Shown piece after piece: positions 53,708 through 64,000 of a stretch of DNA of 64,000 nucleotides. This DNA comes from Alphaproteobacteria bacterium (GTDB lineage Bacteria > Pseudomonadota > Alphaproteobacteria > MPNO01 > UBA830), in assembly GCA_964291215.2 (NCBI GenBank), contig OZ219790.1, positions 1,472,001 through 1,536,000 of the forward strand. Direction: 5' to 3'. Numbering within the stretch: position 1 is the stretch's first letter; each line of letters opens with the position of its first letter. Below the pieces are notes generated by a model. The model was not told the origin of the DNA. It saw only the letters and a program-made list of their open reading frames with translations, and made no database searches. The translations under genes and the position numbers were made by a program.

Positions 53708-54571
53708 ATGAACGGCAGAACAAGGCTCAACGGCATCATTCGCGCGCTCGAGGGCGGCGGGCCGGCATTCACCACCTTCGCGCCGATAGACATCCAGTCG
53801 GCGCTCGCGCTCGCGGGTTCCGCCTATGACGGAATCGTGTTCGAGGGCGAGCACGCGCCCTGGGACATCGTGGCGCTGCGCAATTCCCTCCAGTACATGC
53901 TCGATCCGCGGCGCATCGCCGAGTCCGGGACCGTCGCCCCGCCGGTGACGCCGATGTGCCGAGTGCCGGTCAACGGCGTCGAGAAGGGACAATGGCATGC
54001 CAAGCAGGCGCTCGACATCGGAGTGTACGGCGTCGTCTGGCCGCATGTCAGCACGGTCGAGGAGGCCTACAACGCCGTCGCCGCCTGCCGCTACCCGCGG
54101 CTCGCCGACAAGCCGCTCTACGAGCCCCGCGGCATCCGCGGCGACGGCCCCGCGCGCGCCGCGCGCTACTGGGGCGTCACCCAGCAGGATTATTACGCCC
54201 GCGCCGACGTCTGGCCTCTCGATCCGGGCGGCGAGATCCTTGTCGTCATCCAGATCGAGGACACGGCGGGGATCGCCAACCTCTCCGACATGCTGGAGAA
54301 CGTACCCGGCATCAGCGCCGTGCTGATCGGCGAGGGCGACCTGGGGCAGGAGCTCGGCTATCCGCGCCAGTACAACCATCCGGCGCTCCTCGACGCCATC
54401 GCCGAGATCGTCGACATCTGCGAACGCCATGGCGTCATCGCCGGCCATCCGCACGCCGGCGCCGACAACATGCAGGACCTGCTCGACCAAGGATACCGGT
54501 TCCTGATGGCGGCGCCGCGGCCGGACTACGCCGATCTCGAAACAGGCCTAGAGCTTTCGGGGCGGCGCTGA
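53708..54571 (+). CDS. HpcH/HpaI aldolase/citrate lyase family protein
   Basis: FEGEH, KQALDIGVYGVVWPHV, ACRYP, IQIED, IGEGDL. Confidence 0.88.
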   Translation: MNGRTRLNGIIRALEGGGPAFTTFAPIDIQSALALAGSAYDGIVFEGEHAPWDIVALRNSLQYMLDPRRIAESGTVAPPVTPMCRVPVNGVEKGQWHAKQALDIGVYGVVWPHVSTVEEAYNAVAACRYPRLADKPLYEPRGIRGDGPARAARYWGVTQQDYYARADVWPLDPGGEILVVIQIEDTAGIANLSDMLENVPGISAVLIGEGDLGQELGYPRQYNHPALLDAIAEIVDICERHGVIAGHPHAGADNMQDLLDQGYRFLMAAPRPDYADLETGLELSGRR

Positions 54572-54582
54572 CGGGGAACGGT

Positions 54583-55656
54583 TCAGGCGCCAGCGCGCTC
54601 GACCAGCTTCCAGGCGGCGCGCGCGCGGTCGCGGCACAGCTCCTTGAAGCGCAGCGCGTTCGGGGTCGGGGTATTCCCCTGAAGCCCGCGATAGTAGACG
54701 CCCTGGACGATGGCAGCGAGCCGGAACAGGGACAGCACGAGATAGAAGTTCCAGTCAGGGATCCCGCCGATCCCGCGGAGCCGGCAATAGCGCTCGACAT
54801 GCGCCGATTCGGAAGGGATGCCCGTGGCCGCGGGATCGTTGTCGAGAAGGTCGCCGCCGCCGGGATCCGCCCCGTACCAGGGCAGACAGTTGTAGGCGAA
54901 GTCGGCCCACGGGCTGCCGAGCGTGGCGAGCTCCCAGTCGACGACCGCGAGCACCCTCGGTTCGGAGACATCGAAGATCAGGTTCTCGAGCCGGTAGTCG
55001 CCATGCACGAGCGCGGTCAGGCTGTCGTCGGGGATGTTGTCGGCAAGCCACGCCATGAGCCCGTCCATCTCGGGGAGGTCGTCGGTCTGGCTCGCCCGGT
55101 ACTGTTGCGACCACCGTCGCACCTGGCGCGTGCAGTAGCCGCCCTCGCGGCCGAAGTCGCCGAGGCCGGCGGCGCGGTAGTCGATGTCGTGGAGGCTCGC
55201 TATGACCTCGGCCATCGCGCCGTAGATCCGGCCGCGTTCCGAAGGCGCGCATCCGCGGAGCTCGACGCCGCGGAACACGCGCCCGTCGACGAACGCCATG
55301 ACGTAGAAGGCCTGGCCGATCACCGAATCGTCCTCGCACAGCGCCAGCGCCGCCGGCACCGGGACACCGGTGCCGGCGAGGGCCGAGATCACCCGGTATT
55401 CGCGGTCGACGGCATGGGCCGACGGCAGGAGCTCTCCCGGCGGCTTCTTCCTGAGGACGTAGCGCTGCCCGCCGCGGTCGGTCAACAGGAACGTCGGGTT
55501 CGACATCCCGCCGTGATACTGGCCGAGTTCGAGAGGAGGGCTGAAGCCGTCCACGCGCGCGGCCAACCAGTCCTCGAGGGCGCCGCTGTCAAAGCGGTGG
55601 GACGGCTGGACGGGGCCGCTCAGGCCGGTCGCCGTGACGGCTGCGCTTTCTTCCAT
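54583..55656 (-). CDS. APH-like phosphotransferase family protein (ACAD10/11 kinase-like)
   Basis: GGMSNPT, VLRKKPPG.LLPSAHAVDREYRV, HGDYRLEN, VDWELATLG. Confidence 0.92.
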   Translation of the reverse strand: MEESAAVTATGLSGPVQPSHRFDSGALEDWLAARVDGFSPPLELGQYHGGMSNPTFLLTDRGGQRYVLRKKPPGELLPSAHAVDREYRVISALAGTGVPVPAALALCEDDSVIGQAFYVMAFVDGRVFRGVELRGCAPSERGRIYGAMAEVIASLHDIDYRAAGLGDFGREGGYCTRQVRRWSQQYRASQTDDLPEMDGLMAWLADNIPDDSLTALVHGDYRLENLIFDVSEPRVLAVVDWELATLGSPWADFAYNCLPWYGADPGGGDLLDNDPAATGIPSESAHVERYCRLRGIGGIPDWNFYLVLSLFRLAAIVQGVYYRGLQGNTPTPNALRFKELCRDRARAAWKLVERAGA

Positions 55657-55699
55657 ATCGGCCTCCCTCGCCGGCAAGGCGCGCCGCCGGCCGTGCCAC

Positions 55700-56323
55700 C
55701 TATGCCAGCGGCTTCATCACGTGGGCCTGATATCCGGGGCGCGTGCCCAGTGCCTTGAACCAGCGCTCGAGGTGGGCGTAGGCCTCGCGTTCCACGGGCA
55801 GGTTGTACCAGCGCCAGGCGGCGATTCCGACCGGGATGTCGGCCATCGTGAAGCGGTCGCTGGCCATGAAGGCGTGCCGCGAGAGGTTGTCATCCATGAT
55901 TGCCATCATCCCCGACAGCATGTCTCGGGCGCCGGCTATAGCGTCGGCATCGCGCTGTTCGGGCGGCGTGCGCACGAGCCCGCGAAATAGCGGAATCATG
56001 GCCGGGCTTACCCGTGTCGCCTGCCAGTCCATCCAGCGTTCGGCCGAGGCCCGGACCCGCGGATCCGCCGGACACAGCCCGCCAGCGTCGTGCCGGGCCG
56101 CGAGATAACGGACGATGCTGTTGGATTCCCACAGCACGAACCCGTCCTCCTCGATGATGACCGGCACCAGCCCGTTCGGGTTGAGCGCGAGAAACTCGGG
56201 GGTGGTATTGCCGCCGAATGGGCCGCCAGCATCTTCCTGCCGGAACGGCAGGCCGAGCTCGGCGCAAGCCCAGAGCACCTTCATGACGTTGGAAGAGGTT
56301 CCGCGTCCGATGATCCTGAGCAT
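55700..56323 (-). CDS. Glutathione S-transferase family protein (GstB-like)
   Basis: GRGTSSNVMKVLW, LNPNGLVP, LWESNSIVRYL, FTMADI; start ATG 56323. Confidence 0.93.
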   Translation of the reverse strand: MLRIIGRGTSSNVMKVLWACAELGLPFRQEDAGGPFGGNTTPEFLALNPNGLVPVIIEEDGFVLWESNSIVRYLAARHDAGGLCPADPRVRASAERWMDWQATRVSPAMIPLFRGLVRTPPEQRDADAIAGARDMLSGMMAIMDDNLSRHAFMASDRFTMADIPVGIAAWRWYNLPVEREAYAHLERWFKALGTRPGYQAHVMKPLA

Positions 56324-56456
56324 AAGTCCCCCGAAGCTTCTCCGCACCTTGCCCGGACCTGTAATACTGTTCAGCCACGCGGTCGGCAAGAGCGCGAGGC
56401 TCCGGCGGTGCGCCTGCCGCTTGTGGTTGCATACATCGACGAGATCATGCGCATTC

Positions 56457-57988
56457 GTAACTGCTCACCCCCTGGTTCCGGCTTGATGTCGGGGTAGAGT
56501 AATGAACGGGTTTTCGTGGAGATTTGACACTGCAGGCCGATTCGTTTAGTGGTGGTCATCGAGAACGACGGGGACCGCCAGTGGGCTACTTTGGATCGAA
56601 GGCGACGAGCGGGCTGTGCCAGCTGCTTCCGGGGCTCCAGCCTCCGCATGATCTGTATGTGGAAACGCACCTCGGAAGCGGCGCGCTGATGAAGCGCAAG
56701 GCGGAGTACCGGAAGATGCCGCCGGGCGAGCGCCAAGCGATGCTCGCGACGATCATGACCGTCGAGGTCGGGTGATGGCGACGGGCGGCGCGCGAGGAGT
56801 TCGAAGCGGCCAAGACCGCGGCGCTGCCGGCAAGGTGGCGGAAGAGGCCGTGATCCGCGTCTTCGTCATCCTGCTCGACATCATCATCGTCGTCCTTCTG
56901 GAGAAGACCACGCACGAGCCGGAACTCCGGTCTACCGCCGTCACAGACGGACAAGAGCGTGCCGGGAGCAACGGCCCGAAGCCGAACCGGCAGATGGGCG
57001 ACAACCTGCGCAAGATCATCGTCGAGGAGACGGTCGCGGCCTGCGACGCCTGCGGCGCTGACGGCCCCGTCGATCGGGAGCGCCGCACGACATCGTGTTC
57101 GAGGTCGTCGAGCGCCGCGCCGAGGAATGCCCGAAGTGCAAGGGCCGGTTCCCCGACAACATCCCGTGCAGTACGGCATTCACAGGCCCTCGTCATCAAC
57201 CTGCTGGTCGCCCAGATGCTGTCCCTGCGCCGTCGCGCTCGTGCAGGCGATCTCCGGCATCAAGCTCTCCGAGGCCTCGGCTATGCTTTCACGATGCGTC
57301 ATGGGAGGAGGCCGCCGTGGCGCACCTCCTGCAACGCCCGATGTCGACGATTTCGGATCAACAGTAAGTGGCTTCATGTCGTGGGACCCTGACGTGCAAG
57401 TTCCCGCACCGCAAGCGCGGGCAAGAGATCGGCCCGTGCTACAAGGGCGTCCTGGGCCTCGTACATGGGCCAGTGTAGCCACCAGCTGTGCGGCAGCCAC
57501 CTGCTGCGCGAACTGACCTTTGTCGTCGAGGCTACCGCGCGACTGATGAAGAGCCTGCTCCCTGCCACAAGGTCAACAAGAGCGCATCCAAGACCCTGAA
57601 CGACGCCGGGCGCAAGCGCTACCGCATCATCAGGGCGCCAGGGAACTGCCCGACATCCCGACGAAAGGAAAACGTGGACGCAAGTCCGACGCGCACAACC
57701 TGCACGAACGTCTCGTGAAACACGAAAACCTGCGCTTCATAGACAACCCCGACGTCAGCTTCACCAACAATGCCGGAGAACAGAAGATCAGGATGGCAAA
57801 GGTCAAGGTGTCCGGATGCTTCCGCTCCACGCAAAAGCATGGTGCCGGGGCTCAAGCTACCTCACCTCCATGGCCGCACTCGGCTACAACCCACTCGTCG
57901 CCACCCAGATCGCCCTCGACGGAAAAGCCGCAGACATCATCAACGAGCACTACGACCAATCAGAACCCAACTAGGGGTGAGTAGATAC
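56457..57988 (+). mobile_element. Degenerate IS66-family element, copy 1
   Basis: TIRs GTAACTGCTCACCCC / GTATCTACTCACCCC; 8-bp TSD GCGCATTC (56449-56 and 57989-96); CDACG..CPKC zinc motif, HQLCGSHLLREL, FTNNAGEQKIRM. Confidence 0.92.
56581..56775 (+). pseudogene. Internally deleted Dam-like DNA adenine methyltransferase remnant carried by IS66
   Basis: GYFGSKATSGLCQ...PPHDLYVETHLGSGALMKRK resembles the D12-class YxGxK and motif I region; no DPPY left. Confidence 0.55.
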
Positions 57989-58236
57989 GCGCATTCCTGA
58001 TAGTGTAGCCGGTGTTGTGGCCGGCAAGCGGCACGGCCGCCAGGCCGTTGCACGTGCGAATCCCGAAACGGAACGCTATGCGTCCGGCATGCCCCGGATA
58101 TCGATACGACGGGTACCGACCGGTTCTGCGACGACATGACAGGAGGAACAAACAACCAGCGATTCGGAACCTTGAGAAACTGCTATAAGTGGCAGGAAGG
58201 TGAGCGAAGGAACACCGTTCACCGGGGAGGCGCCAG

Positions 58237-61200
58237 ATGCTTGCCAAGCTCACGATCCGCAATTTCAAAAGGTTTGGCAAGGTTGAAATCGAGCTGGGCA
58301 ATCCGGTCGTGTTCGTCGGGCCCAACAATTCGGCAAGACCTCGGCCATGCAGGCGCTCGCCCTATGGGATATCGGCGTCAGGCGCTGGAACGAGAAACGG
58401 GCGGGGAGAAGCGCGCCGGAAAAACGTCCTAGCGTGACGGTCAACCGCAGGGACCTGTTCGCCATCCCCCATCCGAGCGCCGTTCACCTTTGGCGCGACC
58501 TTCGTGTGCGGGATGTCAGGCAATCGGACGGTCGTCAGCAGACGAGCAATGTGCGGATCGACCTTGTCGTGGAAGGGATCAACGAGGACCAGCCATGGAC
58601 CTGCGGCATGGAATTCGACTATGCCAATGAAGAGTCGTTTTACTGCCGCCCGATGCAGCTTGAAGACAGCAAGCACCCTGGACGGATGCCGATCCCCGAC
58701 CAAGCGGGCTCCGTACGAATCGCATTTCTCCCCCCGATGTCCGGCCTTGCCGTTACGGAGACTCGGCTCGACCAGGGCGCGGTAAACGTGCGGGTGGGCG
58801 AGGGTCGGACGGCCGAAGTCCTGCGCAACCTGTGTTTCCGTATCCTGGAGGAGAATCCCGATCAGTGGGCTGCGCTGGTGGAACGGATCAAGGCGTTGTT
58901 CGGCGCAACCCTCGAGAAGCCCCGCTATGTGGAAGAGCGGGGCGAGGTCACGATGGGGTACCGGGAGGATGGCCCGGTTTTCGACCTGTCGTCGAGCGGG
59001 CGCGGACTGCAACAGACCCTCCTGATCCTCACCTACATGTACGCCAACCCCGGAGCCGTGATTCTGCTGGACGAACCCGACGCCCACCTCGAAATCCTGC
59101 GTCAGCGGCAGATCTACCGCCTGATCGCCGAGGTCGCCCGGGAGAGCGGCAGCCAGATCATTGCGGCGAGCCACTCGGAAGTGCTGCTGAACAAGGCCGC
59201 GGGAGAGGATACGGTCATCGCCTTCGTCGGCAAACCGCACCAGATCGGAGATGGGCGAGGTCAGGTCCGCAAGGCGCTTGCCGAAATCGGGTTCGATCAA
59301 TACTCTCAGGCCGAACAGACCGGTTGGATGCTCTATCTTGAAGGTTCAACGGATCTCGCGATATTGCAGGCTTTCGCCGAGCGTCTCGGCAAAACCGGCG
59401 CCATCCAAGCGCTGGAGCGGCCGTTCGTGTGTTACGTTGGCAATAGCCCTTCAGCCGCCGCACGTCATTTCCACGGCCTGAGGGAAGCGCGGCCCGATCT
59501 CCAGGGAGTAGCTCTCTTCGACCGCCTGGATCGCGAAACGCCGAATGACCCCGTGCTCAGGTATCTGGTCTGGAAAAGGCGGGCAATCGAAAACTATCTT
59601 TGCACCGAGGCGACTCTCGAAGCCTATGCGCGCGCATCCGCGACGGCAGCAATGCCGATGCCCCTCTTCACGACATCGGAGGTGGACAAGCGACTGACGG
59701 CGATTATGAACGATGAACGAAGCCGTCACCGAAGTCAGCGGGGCCTTGGAGACCCTTGGCAAGGGATCCCCGTGGGACAGCGACGTCAAGGCCAGCGATG
59801 ACTTTCTGACGCCTCTTTTCAGGTATCTACTCACCCCTAGTTGGGTTCTGATTGGTCGTAGTGCTCGTTGATGATGTCTGCGGCTTTTCCGTCGAGGGCG
59901 ATCTGGGTGGCGACGAGTGGGTTGTAGCCGAGTGCGGCCATGGAGGTGAGGTAGCTTGAGCCCCGGCACCATGCTTTTGCGTGGAGCGGAAGCATCCGGA
60001 CACCTTGACCTTTGCCATCCTGATCTTCTGTTCTCCGGCATTGTTGGTGAAGCTGACGTTGGGGTCGTCTGTGAAGCGCAGGTTTTCGTGTTTCACGAGA
60101 CGTTCGTGCAGGTTGTGCGCGTCGGACTTGCGTCCACGTTTTCCTTTCGGCGGGATGTCGGGCAGTTCCCTGGCACCCTGATGGTGCGGTAGCGCCCGGC
60201 GTCGTTCAGGGTTTTGGATGCGCTCTTGTTGACCTTGTGGCAGGGAGCAGGCTCTTCATCAGTCGCGCGGTAGCCTCGACGACGAAGGTCAGTTCGCGCA
60301 GCAGGTGGCTGCCGCACAGCTGGTGGCTACACTGGCCCATGTACGAGGCCTAGGACGCCCTTGTAGCACGGGCCGATCTCTTGCCCGCGCTTGCGGTGCG
60401 GGAACTTGCACGTCCCGACGACATGGAGCCACTTGCTGTTGATCCGAAATCGTCGACATCGGGCGTTGCAGGAGGTGCGCCACGGCGGCCTCCTCCCATG
60501 ACGCATCGTGAAAGCATAGCCGAGGCAGGTTGCCTCGGAGAGCTTGATGCCGGAGATCGCCTGCACGAGCGCGACGGCGCAGGGACAGCATCTGGGCGAC
60601 CAGCAGGTTGATGACGAGGGCCTGGATGCCGATGCCGTACTGCACGGGATGTTGTCGGGGAACCGGCCCCGGGCCTTGCACTTCGGGCATTCCTTGATCT
60701 CGGCGCGGCGCTCGACGACCTCGAACACGATGTCATAGAGGACGCGGCGCTCCCGATCGACGGGGCCGTCGATGTCAGCGCCGCAGGCGTCGCAGACCGC
60801 GACCGTTTCCTCGACGATGGTCTTGCGCAGGGTGTCGCCCATCTGCCGGTTCGGCTTCGGGCCCTTGCTCCCGGCACGCTCTTGTCCGTCTGTGACGGCG
60901 GCAGACCGGAGTTCCGGCTCGTGCGTGGTCTTCTCCAGAAGGACGACGATGAGGATGTCGAGCAGGATGACGAGGACGCGGATGACGGCCTTTTCCGCCA
61001 CCTTGCCGGCAGCGCCGCGGTCTTGGCCGCTTCGAACTTCTCGCGCGCCGCCCGTCGCCATCACCCGGCCTTGCGCTTCATCAGCGCGCCGCTTCCGAGA
61101 TGCGTTTCCACATACAGATCATGCGGAGGCTGGAGCCCCGGAAGCAGCTGGCACAGCCCGCTCGTCGCCTTCGATCCAAAGTAGCCCACTGGCGGTCCCC

Positions 61201-61484
61201 GTCGTTCTCGATGACCACCACTAAACGAATCGGCCTGCAGTGTCAAATCTCCACGAAAACCCGTTCGTTGCTCTACCCCGACATCAAGCCGGAACCAGGG
61301 GGTGAGCAGTTACCTTTTCAGAACCTATTTCAAGAAGCTTGGTATACCGAATTTGCTGCAAAAGAATAAGTTCCACGAACTCGCCGACTACGTTCCCGAC
61401 AATGAAATCGATCTCGAGATTGGCGAAAAGCTGGACGCGATCGCCGGGATCGAGAAGATTGCCATGCCCATGACCGATGGCTAG
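58237..61484 (+). pseudogene. ABC-type ATPase plus TOPRIM (OLD-like) protein; frameshifted and split by IS66 copy 2
   Basis: IRNFKRF, GPNNS(G)KT with 1-bp loss, SSSGRGLQQ, LLDEPDAHL, ASHS, YLEGSTD, FDRLD, IENYL; C-terminus resumes after TSD at 61322. Confidence 0.82.
59823..61313 (-). mobile_element. Degenerate IS66-family element, copy 2 (inverted relative to copy 1)
   Basis: Same TIRs; 8-bp TSD CTTTTCAG (59815-22 and 61314-21); highly similar to copy 1. Confidence 0.92.
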
Positions 61485-61876
61485 TCGTCCGCCTTTCGGG
61501 CTGCTGCAATGCTTGTGGAAAACGCTTCGATCCGACATGCACATCCATCGTCAAGGCCGGGGCTTACGGAAATCTCCATGCCTTCGGCGGCAACATTGGC
61601 CAAGCTCCCGGCATCGCACAAGGTGCGCTCTTGTCCGGTATGCGCGGCCGCCTCGATTCCGACCGTCCCGGCGCAGCGCCGCTTCGCCGCCGGATTATGG
61701 TCTCGGTCATCCGGGCCTTGCCGATTCAACCCTTCTGGGAACAGGAGAGTCGGGCCCTTTCCGCATGCTCCTTCCCGAAACCGCGCGATGACATGAGTTC
61801 CGACAGCACGAACGCAGCCCGTTCATCCCGCATCCGCGCTTCGGAACCGGCTGTCGGAAATGGGCCGGCGGCAGCG

Positions 61877-63208
61877 TCAGCCCGCGAGGACTCCGTCGAG
61901 GAGCGACAGCAGGGTGGCGATCACGGCCGATGCCGAGAACACGAAGGCGATGTTCCGCGCCGTGATCAACCGTGTTGGCGGGATCCCGAACATCGCCGCG
62001 CCGGTGGCGATTGACAGGCTGCCGACGGAGATCGCGGTCGACAGGCCCCAGCCCGTGAGCAGCGCCTGCATCAGCACCAGATCGGAGAGCGGTGTCGGGA
62101 TGCTCGTGAACACCACCAGAAGCACGGTCCCCGAGACGATGGCGTGGACGCCGAGGAGCCCGGCAACGTTCATCGCCATGACGACGATGAAGATGATGAC
62201 CCAGGGCGGCGGCGCCTGCCGGGTCAGCCAGTCGAGCAGCCCGGTGCCGGGCAGCGACGCCTCGAACACCAGCCCGAGTGTCGTCGCGAACGTCAGGATC
62301 GAGACCTCGGGCCCAATGCGATGAAGTCCGCGCGCGGTCTCGCGAACCGCCTGCACCGGGCTCGCTCCCCGCTGCGCGAGGAGCACCAGCAGGCACGGCG
62401 TCGGCAGGCCGATGATCAGCGCCTGAAGCGTCGACACTCCGCCTGCGGCCGTCGCCGCAACGACGATCATCGCGGCGACGGCGATCGACGGTGCGACCGG
62501 CGCGAGCGAGCGCAGCGCCGCGACGAAGCTCCGAAGGCCGCTGCGGCGGTCGAAGGCAAAGAACGAGATCAGGATGGCGACCACCGTCATCGTCATGCCG
62601 AGCGCCATGATCTCCCACAGCGGCACGGCGGGCAGGTGCTGGGTGGCGACCGCCATGCCGACGACGAACGGCGACCACAGCGGCACCAGGGACATGCCTC
62701 GAGTGGCGACCACGAAGACCTCGCGCCGCTGCTCGTCCGAGGCATCGCGGCCGAGTATCGGCGCCAGGATCGCGAATACCCCGACCTGGAGGACGGACCC
62801 CAGGAGATGGGTGCCAAGGACGACGGCGCTGTCGCGGCGCTCGGGGTCGAGGGCGCCGAACATGCGCCGCGCGGCGGTGATCTCCGGGCGCTGCTCGGCG
62901 GTGGCGCGAAGAAGCACGATGGTGCTCAGGAAGGGTGCGAATATCGTGGCCCGGGCGAGGCCCTCGGGCACCGCCTCCCAGTGCCCGTAGACGGCGCCGA
63001 GCAGCGCCGTCGCGGCGCCCAGCACGCCGCACAGGATCCGGGTATGCCAAGTCGTCCGCGGCAGCGCGACAAGGACGAAGGCGGCAAGCAGGCCCGCCAT
63101 GACCGGCACCGCGGCCGCGGCACCTTCGGGAAACACGATCGAGAACACGGCGAGGAGCCACAGCACCGCCAGAAGCGCCGTCGCGAGACGTCGGGTCAGG
63201 GCGTCCAT
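61877..63208 (-). CDS. Multi-pass membrane protein, possible IT-superfamily transporter
   Basis: About 12 hydrophobic segments, LWSPFVVGMA motif; host-like codon usage. Confidence 0.7.
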   Translation of the reverse strand: MDALTRRLATALLAVLWLLAVFSIVFPEGAAAAVPVMAGLLAAFVLVALPRTTWHTRILCGVLGAATALLGAVYGHWEAVPEGLARATIFAPFLSTIVLLRATAEQRPEITAARRMFGALDPERRDSAVVLGTHLLGSVLQVGVFAILAPILGRDASDEQRREVFVVATRGMSLVPLWSPFVVGMAVATQHLPAVPLWEIMALGMTMTVVAILISFFAFDRRSGLRSFVAALRSLAPVAPSIAVAAMIVVAATAAGGVSTLQALIIGLPTPCLLVLLAQRGASPVQAVRETARGLHRIGPEVSILTFATTLGLVFEASLPGTGLLDWLTRQAPPPWVIIFIVVMAMNVAGLLGVHAIVSGTVLLVVFTSIPTPLSDLVLMQALLTGWGLSTAISVGSLSIATGAAMFGIPPTRLITARNIAFVFSASAVIATLLSLLDGVLAG

Positions 63209-63283
63209 CGCGACGCCGTCAGGCGTCTCCGGAAATCGCGCGGCGGAGGACCTGTCGTCCGTTCGTGCGCCGCCGCTCGCCCG

Positions 63284-64000
63284 TCACGCCGCGCCGTCCG
63301 CGCGCCGCGCGAGGGCGGCGGCGATGTCGCCCCAACGGACGGGCGTTGCGTTGATCTCGAGACCGTACGGGCCAAGCGCGTCGCATACCGCGTTGGCGAT
63401 GACAACGGGCGGCGCGATGGCGCCGCCCTCGCCGAGCCCCTTGACGCCGAGCGCGTTGAGCGGCGACGGCGTCTCGTAGTGGACGACCGTGATCGGCGGC
63501 ACGTCCGAGGCGGTCGGCAGCAGATAGTCGGCAAAACTCCCGGTCAGCAGCTGGCCGGCATCGTCATAGGCGAGTTCTTCCAGCAGCGCCCCCCCGAGCC
63601 CCTGCACGAGGCCGCCCTTGACCTGGCCGTCGGCGATCCCCGGGTTGACCAGCACGCCCGCGTCATGGACCTCGACATAGCGTTCGACGTCAACGCGGCC
63701 GGTCTCCGGGTCGACCTCGATGATCGCGGCATTCGCCGCGTAGGCCCAGGTGACCGTCGGCGGCTCGTAGTAGTGCGCCGCCTCAAGTCCGGCCTCGACG
63801 CCGCCGGGCCGCCTGTTGTCCCAACCCGGGCGGGCAGCGCGCGAGAGCTCCCGGTAGTCCACGTGCAGGTTCGGAACGCCGCGGACGCCGACGCCGCCGT
63901 CGCGAATCTCAAGATCGCTCTCGGCCGCCTCCAGAAGTTCGGCGGCGACCGCAAACAGCTTCTGCCTGACCGTCTCGCTCGCTCCGAGAATCGCGCCTGA
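63284..64000 (-). CDS. Xanthine dehydrogenase/CoxL-family molybdopterin-binding subunit (3' part; starts beyond window)
   Basis: VEVHDAGVLVNP, GQVKGGLVQGLG, DYLLPTA, GVKGLGEGG; frame open to window edge. Confidence 0.92.
   Translation of the reverse strand, partial: SGAILGASETVRQKLFAVAAELLEAAESDLEIRDGGVGVRGVPNLHVDYRELSRAARPGWDNRRPGGVEAGLEAAHYYEPPTVTWAYAANAAIIEVDPETGRVDVERYVEVHDAGVLVNPGIADGQVKGGLVQGLGGALLEELAYDDAGQLLTGSFADYLLPTASDVPPITVVHYETPSPLNALGVKGLGEGGAIAPPVVIANAVCDALGPYGLEINATPVRWGDIAAALARRADGAA

Noticed and set aside
56457-61313. Composite transposon formed by the inverted IS66 pair carrying the ATPase gene
   Set aside because: Each copy has its own TSD and copy 2 interrupts the gene, so these are two independent insertions.

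Overview
High-GC alphaproteobacterial (Rhodospirillales-like, inferred from gene order and proteins) chromosome segment. 1-34.4 kb (minus strand) is the intact core translation/transcription cluster: tRNA-Tyr, tRNA-Gly, tuf, tRNA-Trp, secE-nusG, rplKAJL, rpoBC, rpsLG-fusA-tuf, the S10/spc/alpha genes with secY and adk, then a DegP-type protease, rarA and crcB. After a TrmH-family methyltransferase and an orphan molybdo-hydroxylase large subunit comes a ~13.4 kb accessory island (37.86-51.23 kb). It holds two three-layer nests of eroded mobile elements (IS4 > group II intron > IS5; ISAs1 > IS110 > IS30) plus an IS256 remnant, surrounding one fully intact, lower-GC four-gene cassette (Schlafen/AlbA_2-HATPase, Dual-OB, DUF488, DUF488). 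That cassette is the best candidate for an uncharacterised defence or nucleic-acid-processing system. Further right are metabolic genes, two independently inserted IS66 derivatives (each with its own 8-bp target duplication and a Dam-like methylase remnant), an inactivated ABC-ATPase-TOPRIM (OLD-like) gene, a membrane protein and a second molybdo-hydroxylase subunit. All family assignments come from motif recognition by eye; no database searches were run.
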